31,053 nt of DNA from a bacterium (GTDB lineage Bacteria > Hinthialibacterota > Hinthialibacteria > Hinthialibacterales > Hinthialibacteraceae), in the NCBI GenBank assembly GCA_041946805.1, contig JBHGBC010000057.1:1-31053 (forward strand), written 5' to 3'. The translations under genes were made by a program, and so were the position numbers. The number at the start of each line of letters is the position of its first letter. Within the stretch, counting starts at the first letter, position 1. A model generated the notes under the pieces. The model did not search any database. It saw nothing but the letters and a program-made list of their open reading frames with translations, and was not told the origin of the DNA. This document shows positions 1 through 9,119 of this stretch, one piece after another.

Positions 1-31
1 TCACCCTAACCCTCTCCCAAAGGGAGAGGGG
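1..31. repeat. REP-like palindrome, CCCTCACCC..CCCTCTCCC..GGGAGAGGG family (copy cut by window start)
   Basis: tcaccctaaccctctcccaaagggagagggg; related copies at 5116, 9086, 11863, 14166, 17490, 19318. Confidence 0.75.
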
Positions 32-57
32 ATTAATTACTATTCTTTTTTATCTTT

Positions 58-105
58 CCCAGGGCTTACACCCTGGGCTACACTCATGCCGCGCCGTTGG
101 CGCTC
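58..105. repeat. REP-like hairpin downstream of lhr
   Basis: cccagggcttacaccctggg inverted repeat followed by gcgcc-gtt-ggcgc hairpin. Confidence 0.5.
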
Positions 106-145
106 GATAGCTTTACTGCAAACCGGTAAATCGTTACGGAGGTAC

Positions 146-3100
146 TTACATTCCCTGCCGGCCGTAGCGTTTCCGCAGGGTGATTTTCTTGTACTCGGCG
201 CGGGTGTCGAACAGATCCCGCAGCGCTGGCAGGTAGGCGCTCCGCGCGGGATCCCCGCCGTTGATCGACTCGATCACGATCACGGGCGCCGGAGAGACCA
301 GCCGCTCCAGCCAATCGCGGAAAAGGCCGAAATAGCGCGGCAGGTTAGGATCTTCCGGGGAGACGTACATCTCCACCTCGCGCCCCTGACGGCGGCTGGT
401 CATGACCAGTTTTCGGCCGTGATAGACCAGATGATGCGACGGCCTCCGCTCGGGCAATTCATACCCCAGGCCGGTGAGAGATAATCCGCACAGCGAGGCG
501 GGATCGGCCGCGTTGAGCCAAAAGACCGGCTCCTCGGAGAGGTGAAACGGCATCGTCCGCAACGCCGCCGGGCTGATGAATTGCATTCCGGGAATCCCCT
601 CGAAAAAGTATCCCCCCACGATCTCGCCCGACAACTCCATGATCCGCAGGGCCTTGAAAAGCCGGCCCCAGCGGAACGCGGAGGATTCGCGGGCCAACAA
701 ATCCCGGAACAGGACGCCGTAGCGGTCGAGCAACAGCCGGACGCGGTCCTTTTGCCGTTCCAGTTCGTCCATGGCGTCTTCCGGCAGGCGCGGATCCGGC
801 AGCGCGTACCAGTTGCCCGCAAAAGGCCGCGTGGATTGCCAGCGCGAGAATCCGGACCGCCGGGTGTGAGTTTCATTTTGGGAAATTTCCGCCACCTTGA
901 ACCGAGTCTCGATGCCCTTGCGCAACGCGGCATACGAATCGTTGGTCACATGGCCTGACCACGCCAAGTTCCACAAGCGGCGGGCCAATTCCCCCGACTC
1001 CAAGCCGCTGTGCTGCAGCAGATGGGTGAAATCATACTTCGCCTGGAGGTTGGGGAAGATTGCCCGCAGCGCGGCCACGTCCGCCGTATTCTCTTCTTGA
1101 CTTGAAGATTCGTCTGGATCCGGTTCGCTCTCCCCATCCGCGAAGAGATCCAACTGGTCCCGGAAGCAGAGCGTGATCTTTTCCTGGCCGCGCCCCAGCC
1201 AGAGCAGATCGGTCTCCTGCATCAAACTGTCCATCCAGCCGGGGGAATACGAACTCACGCGCGAGACCAGAAACTCGGTTTCCCATAAATTCGCGGCCGC
1301 CGTATAGCCGAGTAATTTTTCCAGGGCCCGCTGCAAATCATCCCGCGTGCTTCCTGGGCGCGTGAGCCGTTGCTGCGAGGCCAAAAACAAGGGCAAGGCA
1401 TCCGCCGGCAGGATTTCGAAAGCCGGAGCGGCCTCCTTGCGGGCCAGGCGCAGCAGCCGCTCCAGGTTTTCGCTGTCGCAGATTTCGTCTCCCGCCCCGC
1501 CCACGGTGAGCGTGCCGGCCACGATCCGCTGCTCGTTCAGCAATTCCTCCAGCGCGGCTTCCAACGTGTATTCGCTGAGGTCCCAGGTCTCAAGCAGAAA
1601 CGCGCGGCGCACGGGCCCGTAATACGCCAGCCACTGGCCCAGCCGCTCCGCCAGGGATTCTTCCTCTTGCTTGGCCAGCCGCTGAATTTCCTTTTCCACG
1701 AATCCCTTGCGGATTGGCGGCGGCTCATCCGCGGGCAACGCATCCATATGGATGGATTCGAGATCCAGCTGCAACACCTTCAGCAGCCGGGGCAGGATTT
1801 CCAGCGATACCACGCCGGACGAGATATGCTGGAGAAGCGTGATCCGGATGAGTTTGCCGCCGATTTCCCGCAGCCACGCGGCGGGATCGATGCGAGTATC
1901 CCGCTGGATCGCCTGGAGCAGTTCCCTCCATTCCGCTTCGGGGATGAACAGACGCTCCTTGACCCAATCCAACAACTCGGCGGGGCTTCCGGGAGCGTAA
2001 TCCGGGAACACGCGCTGGATCTTCTGCTGGAACCGCCGCGCGAGGTCCGGCGCGATTTCGGGCCGCAGGTCGGCGGTGAAGACGATCTCCTTGATCCAAT
2101 CGTCCTGCAGGCGCGAGGTCTTGCCCTCCAGCCCGTCATCGTAATCGTACATATAGACGTTGGTTTGTTGCCACAGCAGGCTTTGGGTGAAGGGCGAGGG
2201 ATGCGCCGTGCGGGTTTCGGTGACCGCGATGGTCCCGTCCCGGATTTCCCCTAGCAGCGCCCGCAAGGCGTCGAGATCGAACTCGTCGCGCAGGCATTCG
2301 CGCCAGGTTTCGAGCACAATGGGAAAATCGGGGAACCGCGACACGGCGTCCAGCAGTTCTTTCGAACGCTGTCGGTTGAGCCACAACGGCGTCCGGCGGC
2401 CGAACGTGTCGCGGGGCAGCAGCAGGGCGCGCGCGGCGTTCTCCCGGAACCGCGCCCCGAAGAAGCCGGTTTGTTCCAGCTTCCCCCGCAGCCATCTTTC
2501 TATGTCTTGCGGATCGATGGCGGACAGCATCTCCCGCGCGGACGCGCCCGGTGGCAGGTGCATGGCGATGCCGTCATCGTTGACGAACACTTCCAGCCGT
2601 GTCCCCTGGGTGGTTTCCCACAATCCCGCGAGGGCCACGGCCAGCGGGCGGTTGATCTTGCCGCCCCATCCCGTGTGCAGCACCACCATCCATCCGTCCT
2701 GGACAATCTCCGGCGTCTTGGTGTATTCGATCAGCAGAAGATGCCGGTGGGGCAGATCGGAACGCGTGGCTTCCTTCTGGTCCCGCAGGAAACCGATGAG
2801 CACTTCCGCCGCCGGTTCATCCAACTGGTATTCCCGCTGGAGAGATTCCAGGAAGCCGGAGGTCTCCAATTGTTCGTTGGCGGCTTCGAGAAATTGCCCG
2901 ATTTTTTCGGCGAAATAAAAATCACGCCCAGCTGCTTCCGCCCGCCAGAAGGGCATGTCCTTGGCCTTGCCGGAAACCGGGACCGCGAGCACGTCGTTGT
3001 GGGTGATGGTATGGATGCGCCAGGTCTGCGTGCCGAAGGTGAAGGTATCGCCCAGCCGCCGTTCCCACACGAATTCTTCGTCCAGTTCGCCGATCTTGGC

Positions 3101-4651
3101 GTGAGTCTCCCGGTGCCGCAGGGTGTAATAGCCCCGGTCGGGAATCGTGCCGCCCGAAGAATACACCAGCCGCAGCGCGCCGTCCCGCGCGCGGATGGTA
3201 TTGTCCAGCCGGTCGATGGACACCAGCGCCTGCAACCGGCGCAAACGCCCGCCCCCGTAGTGCCCGCCCAGCATCTTGAGGACCAGGTCGTATTCCGCCC
3301 GCCGCAGCGCGTGATACGGGTGGCTGGTGCGTAGAAAATCGTACAGCCGGCCGATGTCCCATTGTTCCACGCCCGTCATCGCCACGATGACCTGCGCCAG
3401 CACGTCCAGCGCGCCGGAGACGGGCTCCAGCGGTTCGATGTCCCGCTCCAGGATGCTTTTCGCCATCACCGCCGATTCCACCAGGTCGCGTCCATGGGCG
3501 GGAAACAGAATCCCACGGCTGATCTCGCCCACGCGATGCCCGGCGCGGCCTACCCGCTGCAATCCCGCCGCGATGGAGATGGGCGTTTGCACCATCAACA
3601 CTTCGTCCAGCGCGCCGATGTCGATGCCCAACTCCAGCGTTCCCGTGGCCACGATGGCGGACAGTTCCCCCCGCTTGAGCCGCTCCTCCACCACCAGCCG
3701 CGTCTCGCGTGACAGCGAGCCGTGGTGCGCGTACGCGATCCGTTCCGCTTCGTCCTGGTTGAGCAGCAGGCTGATCCGCTCGCACAGCCGCCGGTTGTTG
3801 GTGAAGAGCAAAGTGGAACGGTTTTTTTGGATGATCGGCTTCAACTCTTCCGCCAGCCGCACCCACATCGATGGTTCGCCACGTTCCTCATCCCCGGCCC
3901 CGGCGAACCGCACTTCGACCTGATACCGCTTGGCCTGCCCGGAGGGGATGACGAGGACTTCGCGGGGAATGTATCGCGCTTCCGGACCGTTGTTCTCCAT
4001 CCGGAAGCCGCCCACCCACGCGGCGATTTTCTCCAGCGGTTTCACTGTCGCCGACAGCGCCACGCGTTGGAACTCGCCCGACAAGGGAACCAGCCGGTCC
4101 ACGGCGGTAATGAGGTGTGTCCCGCGCTTGTTTCCCGCCACGGCGTGGATTTCATCCAGGATGACGCAGCGCAGGCCGGTCAACATTTTCCGGCCTTGGA
4201 TCGAGCTGACCAGCAGGTTCAAACTCTCCGGCGTGGTGATCAGGATTTCCGGCGGCCGGCGCAGCATCCGCGCGCGTTCGGAAGACTCGGTATCACCGCT
4301 GCGGGTCAGCACCGAGAGGGCGGGGAAAGGTTCGTTTTCTTTTTCAAAGTAGTCCTGGATTTCGGCGAGCGGCCCCAGCAGGTTGCGCTGGATGTCATTG
4401 TTCAGCGCCTTGAGGGGAGACACGTACAACACCCGCGTTCCCCCGCGCGGCCATTGTTCCGTGACCAGCTGATGGATCGACCACAAGAACGCCGTGAGGG
4501 TTTTGCCGCTGCCGGTGGGAGCCGTGATCAACACATGCCGGCCCCGCGCGATCTCGGGCCACGACCGCGTCTGGACATCCGTCGGCTCGCCCACCCGTTC
4601 CGCGAACCAGCGTCGAATCAAGGGATGGAAAAGATCCAACGCGTCAGGCAT
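146..4651 (-). CDS. lhr: Lhr-family ATP-dependent DEAD/H helicase, full length (1501 aa) with C-terminal winged-helix/glycosylase-like region
   Basis: Motifs PTGSGKT, YVSPLKALNND, TTPESL, DEIH, SAT, HHGSLS, LELGID, QRVGRAGH, GGTIPDRG, GELDEEFVWE; C-terminal LLDRYGV..GYF..G.QF..AADPA. Confidence 0.95.
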   Translation of the reverse strand: MPDALDLFHPLIRRWFAERVGEPTDVQTRSWPEIARGRHVLITAPTGSGKTLTAFLWSIHQLVTEQWPRGGTRVLYVSPLKALNNDIQRNLLGPLAEIQDYFEKENEPFPALSVLTRSGDTESSERARMLRRPPEILITTPESLNLLVSSIQGRKMLTGLRCVILDEIHAVAGNKRGTHLITAVDRLVPLSGEFQRVALSATVKPLEKIAAWVGGFRMENNGPEARYIPREVLVIPSGQAKRYQVEVRFAGAGDEERGEPSMWVRLAEELKPIIQKNRSTLLFTNNRRLCERISLLLNQDEAERIAYAHHGSLSRETRLVVEERLKRGELSAIVATGTLELGIDIGALDEVLMVQTPISIAAGLQRVGRAGHRVGEISRGILFPAHGRDLVESAVMAKSILERDIEPLEPVSGALDVLAQVIVAMTGVEQWDIGRLYDFLRTSHPYHALRRAEYDLVLKMLGGHYGGGRLRRLQALVSIDRLDNTIRARDGALRLVYSSGGTIPDRGYYTLRHRETHAKIGELDEEFVWERRLGDTFTFGTQTWRIHTITHNDVLAVPVSGKAKDMPFWRAEAAGRDFYFAEKIGQFLEAANEQLETSGFLESLQREYQLDEPAAEVLIGFLRDQKEATRSDLPHRHLLLIEYTKTPEIVQDGWMVVLHTGWGGKINRPLAVALAGLWETTQGTRLEVFVNDDGIAMHLPPGASAREMLSAIDPQDIERWLRGKLEQTGFFGARFRENAARALLLPRDTFGRRTPLWLNRQRSKELLDAVSRFPDFPIVLETWRECLRDEFDLDALRALLGEIRDGTIAVTETRTAHPSPFTQSLLWQQTNVYMYDYDDGLEGKTSRLQDDWIKEIVFTADLRPEIAPDLARRFQQKIQRVFPDYAPGSPAELLDWVKERLFIPEAEWRELLQAIQRDTRIDPAAWLREIGGKLIRITLLQHISSGVVSLEILPRLLKVLQLDLESIHMDALPADEPPPIRKGFVEKEIQRLAKQEEESLAERLGQWLAYYGPVRRAFLLETWDLSEYTLEAALEELLNEQRIVAGTLTVGGAGDEICDSENLERLLRLARKEAAPAFEILPADALPLFLASQQRLTRPGSTRDDLQRALEKLLGYTAAANLWETEFLVSRVSSYSPGWMDSLMQETDLLWLGRGQEKITLCFRDQLDLFADGESEPDPDESSSQEENTADVAALRAIFPNLQAKYDFTHLLQHSGLESGELARRLWNLAWSGHVTNDSYAALRKGIETRFKVAEISQNETHTRRSGFSRWQSTRPFAGNWYALPDPRLPEDAMDELERQKDRVRLLLDRYGVLFRDLLARESSAFRWGRLFKALRIMELSGEIVGGYFFEGIPGMQFISPAALRTMPFHLSEEPVFWLNAADPASLCGLSLTGLGYELPERRPSHHLVYHGRKLVMTSRRQGREVEMYVSPEDPNLPRYFGLFRDWLERLVSPAPVIVIESINGGDPARSAYLPALRDLFDTRAEYKKITLRKRYGRQGM

Positions 4652-4722
4652 GATTTTGGGTTAATTCCCTCTCCCGAGCTGCTGATTCATACCCAGAAGT
4701 CCTGTACAGGCGATAGTATTTG

Positions 4723-4990
4723 AACCCCGCAGGGGATCCATGTGAATAGCCGCAGTCGACAGCCTACGGTTTCGTAACGTATCAATACCAATCCCATGGG
4801 GGTTGAATAATCCATTCGATCCTTGCGGGATCGATATCTTTGATAACGGTACCGGGGGTTGTCACCCCCGGCTATTCACATTCAATCCCGCCGGGATTGG
4901 TTGCAGGCAAGTTGCCTGCGCCACAATATTCTGGGTTCCCGCTATTCTGAATTCCCGCTATTCTGGATTCCCGCTTTCGCGGGAATGACA
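4723..4990 (+). repeat. Composite multi-hairpin repeat element, copy A
   Basis: Internal inverted termini (atgtgaatagcc ... ggctattcacat), then gcaggcaagttgcctgc and ATTCCC-N8-GGGAAT hairpins; homologous to the reverse complement of 6850-7086. Confidence 0.75.
4927..4974 (+). repeat. 3 x 16-bp tandem repeat TATTCTGRRTTCCCGC
   Basis: tattctgggttcccgc / tattctgaattcccgc / tattctggattcccgc. Confidence 0.85.
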
Positions 4991-5115
4991 TCCATATAAG
5001 ACTTGGGGATGACAGCCTTGTAAGGCTTTTGGGGCTTATCCGGCAAATGCGTAGGTTTTTTCAGAAGGCCGGTTCGCATCTCATCGAAGTGATCGTTACA
5101 AACCACCCCAAAATT

Positions 5116-5149
5116 CCCCTCTCCCCTCGGGAGAGGGCTAAGGTGAGGG
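5116..5149. repeat. REP-like palindrome (CCCTCTCCC..GGGAGAGGG family)
   Basis: cccctctcccctcgggagagggctaaggtgaggg. Confidence 0.75.
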
Positions 5150-5221
5150 AAAGCCCATTTGGAATCGTGATATCCTCCCGATAGGGAGTCAAGCGCCTTT
5201 GCCAACCATCCATCGGCCCTT

Positions 5222-5249
5222 GTAGGGGCACGTTGCAACGTGCCCCTGC
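5222..5249. repeat. GTAG-family REP palindrome
   Basis: gtaggggcacgttgcaacgtgcccctgc; near-identical copy at 9003-9030. Confidence 0.8.
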
Positions 5250-5308
5250 TATGCGTAATCCCTCAATATTACCCTGCTATCTCCCTCCCATCACCAATAA
5301 CAATATCC

Positions 5309-6676
5309 TTACCGCACATACACCGTCTTGATGTTCACGAATTCCTTGATCCCGTAATGCGCCAGTTCGCGGCCGTATCCGCTCTCCTTCACGCCGCCGA
5401 AGGGCAGGCGGGGATCGGACCGTACGAATGTATTGACAAAACACGCGCCCGCGTCCAACTCCTCCGCCGCGATGCGCTCGCCCCGCGCCGCGTCCCGCGT
5501 GAACACCGCCGCCCCCAGGCCGAAGACCGAATCGTTGGCGGTGGCAATGGCTTCTTCCTCGTTCTTCACGGTGATGATCGACGCCACCGGCCCGAATAGT
5601 TCTTCCTCATAGGCCACCATGCCTTTTTTCACGTTGGCCAGCACGGTGGGCGGATAATACGCGCCATTCCCCTCGGGAACTTCTCCGCCCAGCAGCAGTT
5701 TCGCGCCCTGCTCGAGGCTCTTCTCCACTTGCTGGTGTAACTCGTCCCGGAGATCGTGGCGGGCCAACGGACCCACCTGCGTGTCCTCTGCCAGCGGATC
5801 GCCCATCTTCGCCGACCGCATCGCTTCCACGAACAATTCCGTGAACCGTTCCGCCACCGGCTCCACCACGATGAACCGCTTGGCCGCGATGCAGCTCTGC
5901 CCCGAGTTGATCAGCCGGCTGGCCGCGCAGGTGGCCGCCGCCGCCTCCAGGTCCGCGTCTTCCAGGATGAGGTAGGGATCGCTGCCGCCCAGCTCCAGCA
6001 CGGATTTTTTGAGCCGCTCGCCCGATTTCGCGCCCACCGCCCGGCCCGCCGGCGTGCTGCCCGTCAGCGTCGTGGCCCGCACCAGGGGATTCTCGATGAT
6101 GGCCGCCACCTCCCGGCTGCCGCACAACACCGACCGGAACAAGTTTTCGGGGAATCCCGCGTCCCGGAAAATCTGCTCGATGGCCAACGCGCAACCCGGC
6201 ACGTTGGAGGCGTGTTTCAAGATCCCCGCGTTGCCGGCCATCAGCGCGGGCGCGGCGAACCGGAACACCTGCCAGAAGGGGAAGTTCCAGGGCATCACCG
6301 CCAGTACGATCCCCATAGGTTGAAAGGAAACGTAGCTCCGGCTTGCGTCGGTGGGGATGGGCTCCGGCGACAGGATTTTCCCGGCGTTTTCCGCGTAATA
6401 TTCGCAGACGGAGGCGCATTTGGACGCTTCGCCCCGCCCGTCCCGGATGGGCTTTCCCATCTCCAAGGCCATCAATTTGCCGTATTCGTCCTTGTATTTC
6501 CGCAACAGCTCCGCCGCGCCGGCCATCAACTCCGCCCGGTGGGCAAATGAGGATTTTCTCCAGGATAAGAAGGCTTCGTGCGCCTTGTGGATGATCTCGT
6601 TGATTTCCCGGGGCGGCATCTCGTCGTAGGTTTGGATGACATTGCCATTCGCGGGATTGACGGATTGAAACACCAT
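5309..6676 (-). CDS. gabD: NAD(P)-dependent succinate-semialdehyde dehydrogenase (Sad/GabD1-type aldehyde dehydrogenase, 455 aa)
   Basis: MPWNFPFWQVFRFAAP, LKHASN, LTGS, LELGGSD, catalytic SGQSCIAAKR, EELFGP, LPFGGVKESGYGRE; ATG at 6676 preceded by GAGGAG. Confidence 0.9.
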   Translation of the reverse strand: MVFQSVNPANGNVIQTYDEMPPREINEIIHKAHEAFLSWRKSSFAHRAELMAGAAELLRKYKDEYGKLMALEMGKPIRDGRGEASKCASVCEYYAENAGKILSPEPIPTDASRSYVSFQPMGIVLAVMPWNFPFWQVFRFAAPALMAGNAGILKHASNVPGCALAIEQIFRDAGFPENLFRSVLCGSREVAAIIENPLVRATTLTGSTPAGRAVGAKSGERLKKSVLELGGSDPYLILEDADLEAAAATCAASRLINSGQSCIAAKRFIVVEPVAERFTELFVEAMRSAKMGDPLAEDTQVGPLARHDLRDELHQQVEKSLEQGAKLLLGGEVPEGNGAYYPPTVLANVKKGMVAYEEELFGPVASIITVKNEEEAIATANDSVFGLGAAVFTRDAARGERIAAEELDAGACFVNTFVRSDPRLPFGGVKESGYGRELAHYGIKEFVNIKTVYVR

Positions 6677-6770
6677 GCGCTCTCCTCCTCGGGGACTGGC
6701 CTTTTCGGATGGGGAATGGATTGTCAAGAAGCCCAGCCGGGATGCCCATGCATTCTGTCGGATGCCGATT

Positions 6771-6779
6771 ATTATACCA
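6771..6779 (-). promoter_or_regulatory. Extended -10 element (TGnTATAAT) upstream of SSADH
   Basis: Minus strand reads TGGTATAAT about 95 nt upstream of the start codon. Confidence 0.5.
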
Positions 6780-6849
6780 TTCGCCGGGAGAAAAACCGAT
6801 TGCGCGGCTCAGCTCCCGGCGGCTCGATCCCCCCGCGATTGGCTAACGG

Positions 6850-7086
6850 TGCCATCCCCGCGCAAGCGGGCATCCAGGTTGTTGTGGCGCGGGCATCTTG
6901 CCTGCGCGCCATCCCGCAGGGATTGCATGTGAATAGTGGGGGTGACAACCCCCGGTAGTGCCCATAAAAGGAGCGATCCCGGAGGGGTTGCATTATCTAA
7001 ATCCAACCCCCGCGGGATTGGTGGTTTCCCGTACGGAACCGTAGGCTATCGCCTTCGGCTATTCACATTCATCCCCTGAGGGGATG
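6850..7086 (-). repeat. Composite multi-hairpin repeat element, copy B (inverted relative to 4723-4990)
   Basis: Reverse complement reads atcccctcaggggatgaatgtgaatagcc..agcctacggtt..ccaatccc..taccgggggttgtcaccccc..ctattcaca..gcaggcaagatgcccgcgccacaa, same module order as copy A. Confidence 0.75.
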
Positions 7087-7330
7087 AGATACGTATGTAA
7101 CCATGTACTTGAATGAAGAACTTTCTCAGTGTTTGCTTCGTGGTGTGAGACATGCTGAATCTTCTCGGATTTTGACGAAAACGCCTCGGTTTTTTATTCC
7201 ACTCCCTCCCGGTTCTCCCTCCCGGACCTCCGCCCATGAACGCTCCGCGTTGGAAATGCCTCTCCAAATTTTGCTTTTCATATTCCTGAAGTAAGATGTA
7301 AACAGGAAACACGACATCCAGGAGAATTTC

Positions 7331-8965
7331 ATGAAAGCCGCGGAACTGTTTGTGAAATGCCTTGAGCGGGAAGCCGCCCCCTTTCTTTTCGGACTGCCCG
7401 GCGAAGAAAACATGGACGTCATGGACGCGCTGCTCGATTCCAGCCTGCGTTTCATTCTCACCCGGAGCGAGCAGGCGGCGGCCTTCATGGCCGACGTGCA
7501 GGGCCGCTTGACCGGCAAGGCCTCGGTCTGCCTTTCCACCCTGGGACCGGGCGCCACCAACCTGGTCACCGGCGTGGCCGACGCCAACATGGATTCCGTG
7601 CCCCTGGTGGCGGTCACCGGCCAGGCCTCGATCGACCGGCTGCACAAGGAATCCCACCAGGCCATGGACCTCGTCGCCCTCTTCCGCCCCATGACCAAGT
7701 ACAACGCCCCGCTGATCACGCCGGAGATCATCCCCGAAGTGGTGCGCAAGGCCTTCAAGGTGGCTCAGACCGAACGGTACGGGGCCACCCATATCGACTT
7801 TCCCGAGGATGTCGCCAAGATGGAGGTGTACGAGGAACCCCTGCTTCCCCAGCAGCCGCGCGATTCCGAGCCCCTGCTCAGCGCCATCGAACGGGCGGCG
7901 GAATGCATCAACAACGCGCGGTTTCCCCTCCTGCTGGCCGGCAACGGCGTGATCCGCAACCAGGCCGCGCCCGCGCTCCGCCGTTTTGTCGCTCACACCG
8001 GCATCCCCTGCGCCAACACCTTCATGGCCAAGGGCGTCCTGCCGTTCAGCGATCCCTTCTCCCTCTTGGCGGTCGGCCTCCAGGCCCGCGACTACGTCAA
8101 CTGCGGCTTCGACCGGGCCGATGTAGTCATCTCCGTAGGCTACGACCTGGTCGAATTTCCGCCCTCGCGCTGGAATCCGAACTGCGACAAGAAAATCATC
8201 CACATCGCCCGAACGCCCGCCGAGGTGGACAAGCACTATCAGCTCTACTGTGGCATGGAATCCAACATCGGCCTGGCGCTGGATGAGCTGGGCGCCAAGA
8301 TCACACCCCGCGGCGACACCCGCTACGTCAAAACGCTGCGCGACATGATCCTGAACGAACTTGAACAATCCGGCAGCGATGCCAGCTTTCCACTCAAGCC
8401 CCAAAAGATCCTGCACGAGGTGCGCAAGGTCATGGATGACCACGACATCCTCATCTCCGATGTCGGCGCCCATAAACTCTGGATCGCGCGCATGTACCCC
8501 TGCAACGAACCCAATACCTGCATCATCTCCAACGGTTTCGCCAGCATGGGGATCGCCCTCCCCGGCTCCATTGGCGCAAAACTCCTCTACCCCGGACGCC
8601 GTGTCCTCGGCATCCACGGCGATGGGGGATTTCTCATGAACTGCCAGGAATTGGAGACCGCGGTGCGCTACAACGTTCCCATTGTGGCCCTGGTCTGGCG
8701 CGACAACACCTTCGGCCTGATCAAATGGAAACAGCACAACCAGTTCGGCCGCTACAGCCACGTGGATTTCGGCAATCCCGACATTGTGAAGTTTGCGGAA
8801 AGTTTCGGATGCGCCGCCTTCCGGGTCGAGGCGGCGGACGAGTTGCGGCCCATCCTGGAAGATGCCTTCAACCAAAACCGCCCCGCCGTGATTGACTGCC
8901 CGGTCTCCTACCAGGAAAACGAACTGCTCACCGAGCGCCTGGGCAAGCTGGTGTGCCCGCTGTGA
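7331..8965 (+). CDS. ThDP-dependent enzyme of the acetolactate-synthase-like family; probable 2-oxoglutarate decarboxylase (OgdA-like)
   Basis: FGLPGEEN, TLGPGATN, ESHQ, SDVGAHK, ISNGFASMG, GDGGFLMNCQELETA ThDP-binding motif; RBS AGGAG; no ilvH/ilvC nearby; adjacent to SSADH. Confidence 0.85.
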   Translation: MKAAELFVKCLEREAAPFLFGLPGEENMDVMDALLDSSLRFILTRSEQAAAFMADVQGRLTGKASVCLSTLGPGATNLVTGVADANMDSVPLVAVTGQASIDRLHKESHQAMDLVALFRPMTKYNAPLITPEIIPEVVRKAFKVAQTERYGATHIDFPEDVAKMEVYEEPLLPQQPRDSEPLLSAIERAAECINNARFPLLLAGNGVIRNQAAPALRRFVAHTGIPCANTFMAKGVLPFSDPFSLLAVGLQARDYVNCGFDRADVVISVGYDLVEFPPSRWNPNCDKKIIHIARTPAEVDKHYQLYCGMESNIGLALDELGAKITPRGDTRYVKTLRDMILNELEQSGSDASFPLKPQKILHEVRKVMDDHDILISDVGAHKLWIARMYPCNEPNTCIISNGFASMGIALPGSIGAKLLYPGRRVLGIHGDGGFLMNCQELETAVRYNVPIVALVWRDNTFGLIKWKQHNQFGRYSHVDFGNPDIVKFAESFGCAAFRVEAADELRPILEDAFNQNRPAVIDCPVSYQENELLTERLGKLVCPL

Positions 8966-9002
8966 GGGGGGATGTGAGAATCCACCCGTAGTGGTTTCTC
9001 TT

Positions 9003-9030
9003 GTAGGGGCACGTTGCGACGTGCCCCTAC
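9003..9030. repeat. GTAG-family REP palindrome
   Basis: gtaggggcacgttgcgacgtgcccctac. Confidence 0.8.
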
Positions 9031-9085
9031 TACGCGTCGCGCAATCCATCCATTCCTGTCTATCCTGATTCAGACAAAACCGTTT

Positions 9086-9119
9086 CCCTATCCTCTCTGG
9101 GAGAGGGTCAGGGTGAGGG
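9086..9119. repeat. REP-like palindrome overlapping the doc stop codon
   Basis: ccctatcctctctgggagagggtcagggtgaggg. Confidence 0.7.

Noticed and set aside
146..4651. Lhr as part of a defence system linked to the CRISPR locus
   Set aside because: It lies about 18 kb away among housekeeping genes, has ordinary architecture and no partner genes.
4723..5250. Repeat cluster as a possible second CRISPR array or structured ncRNA; small ORFs 4803-4988 and 4942-5238
   Set aside because: No constant repeat-spacer period; consists of dispersed REP-like hairpins, and the ORFs are repeat translations.
7046..9049. 667-aa minus-strand ORF
   Set aside because: Antisense shadow of the ThDP enzyme gene, expected with GC-rich codon bias; no motifs.
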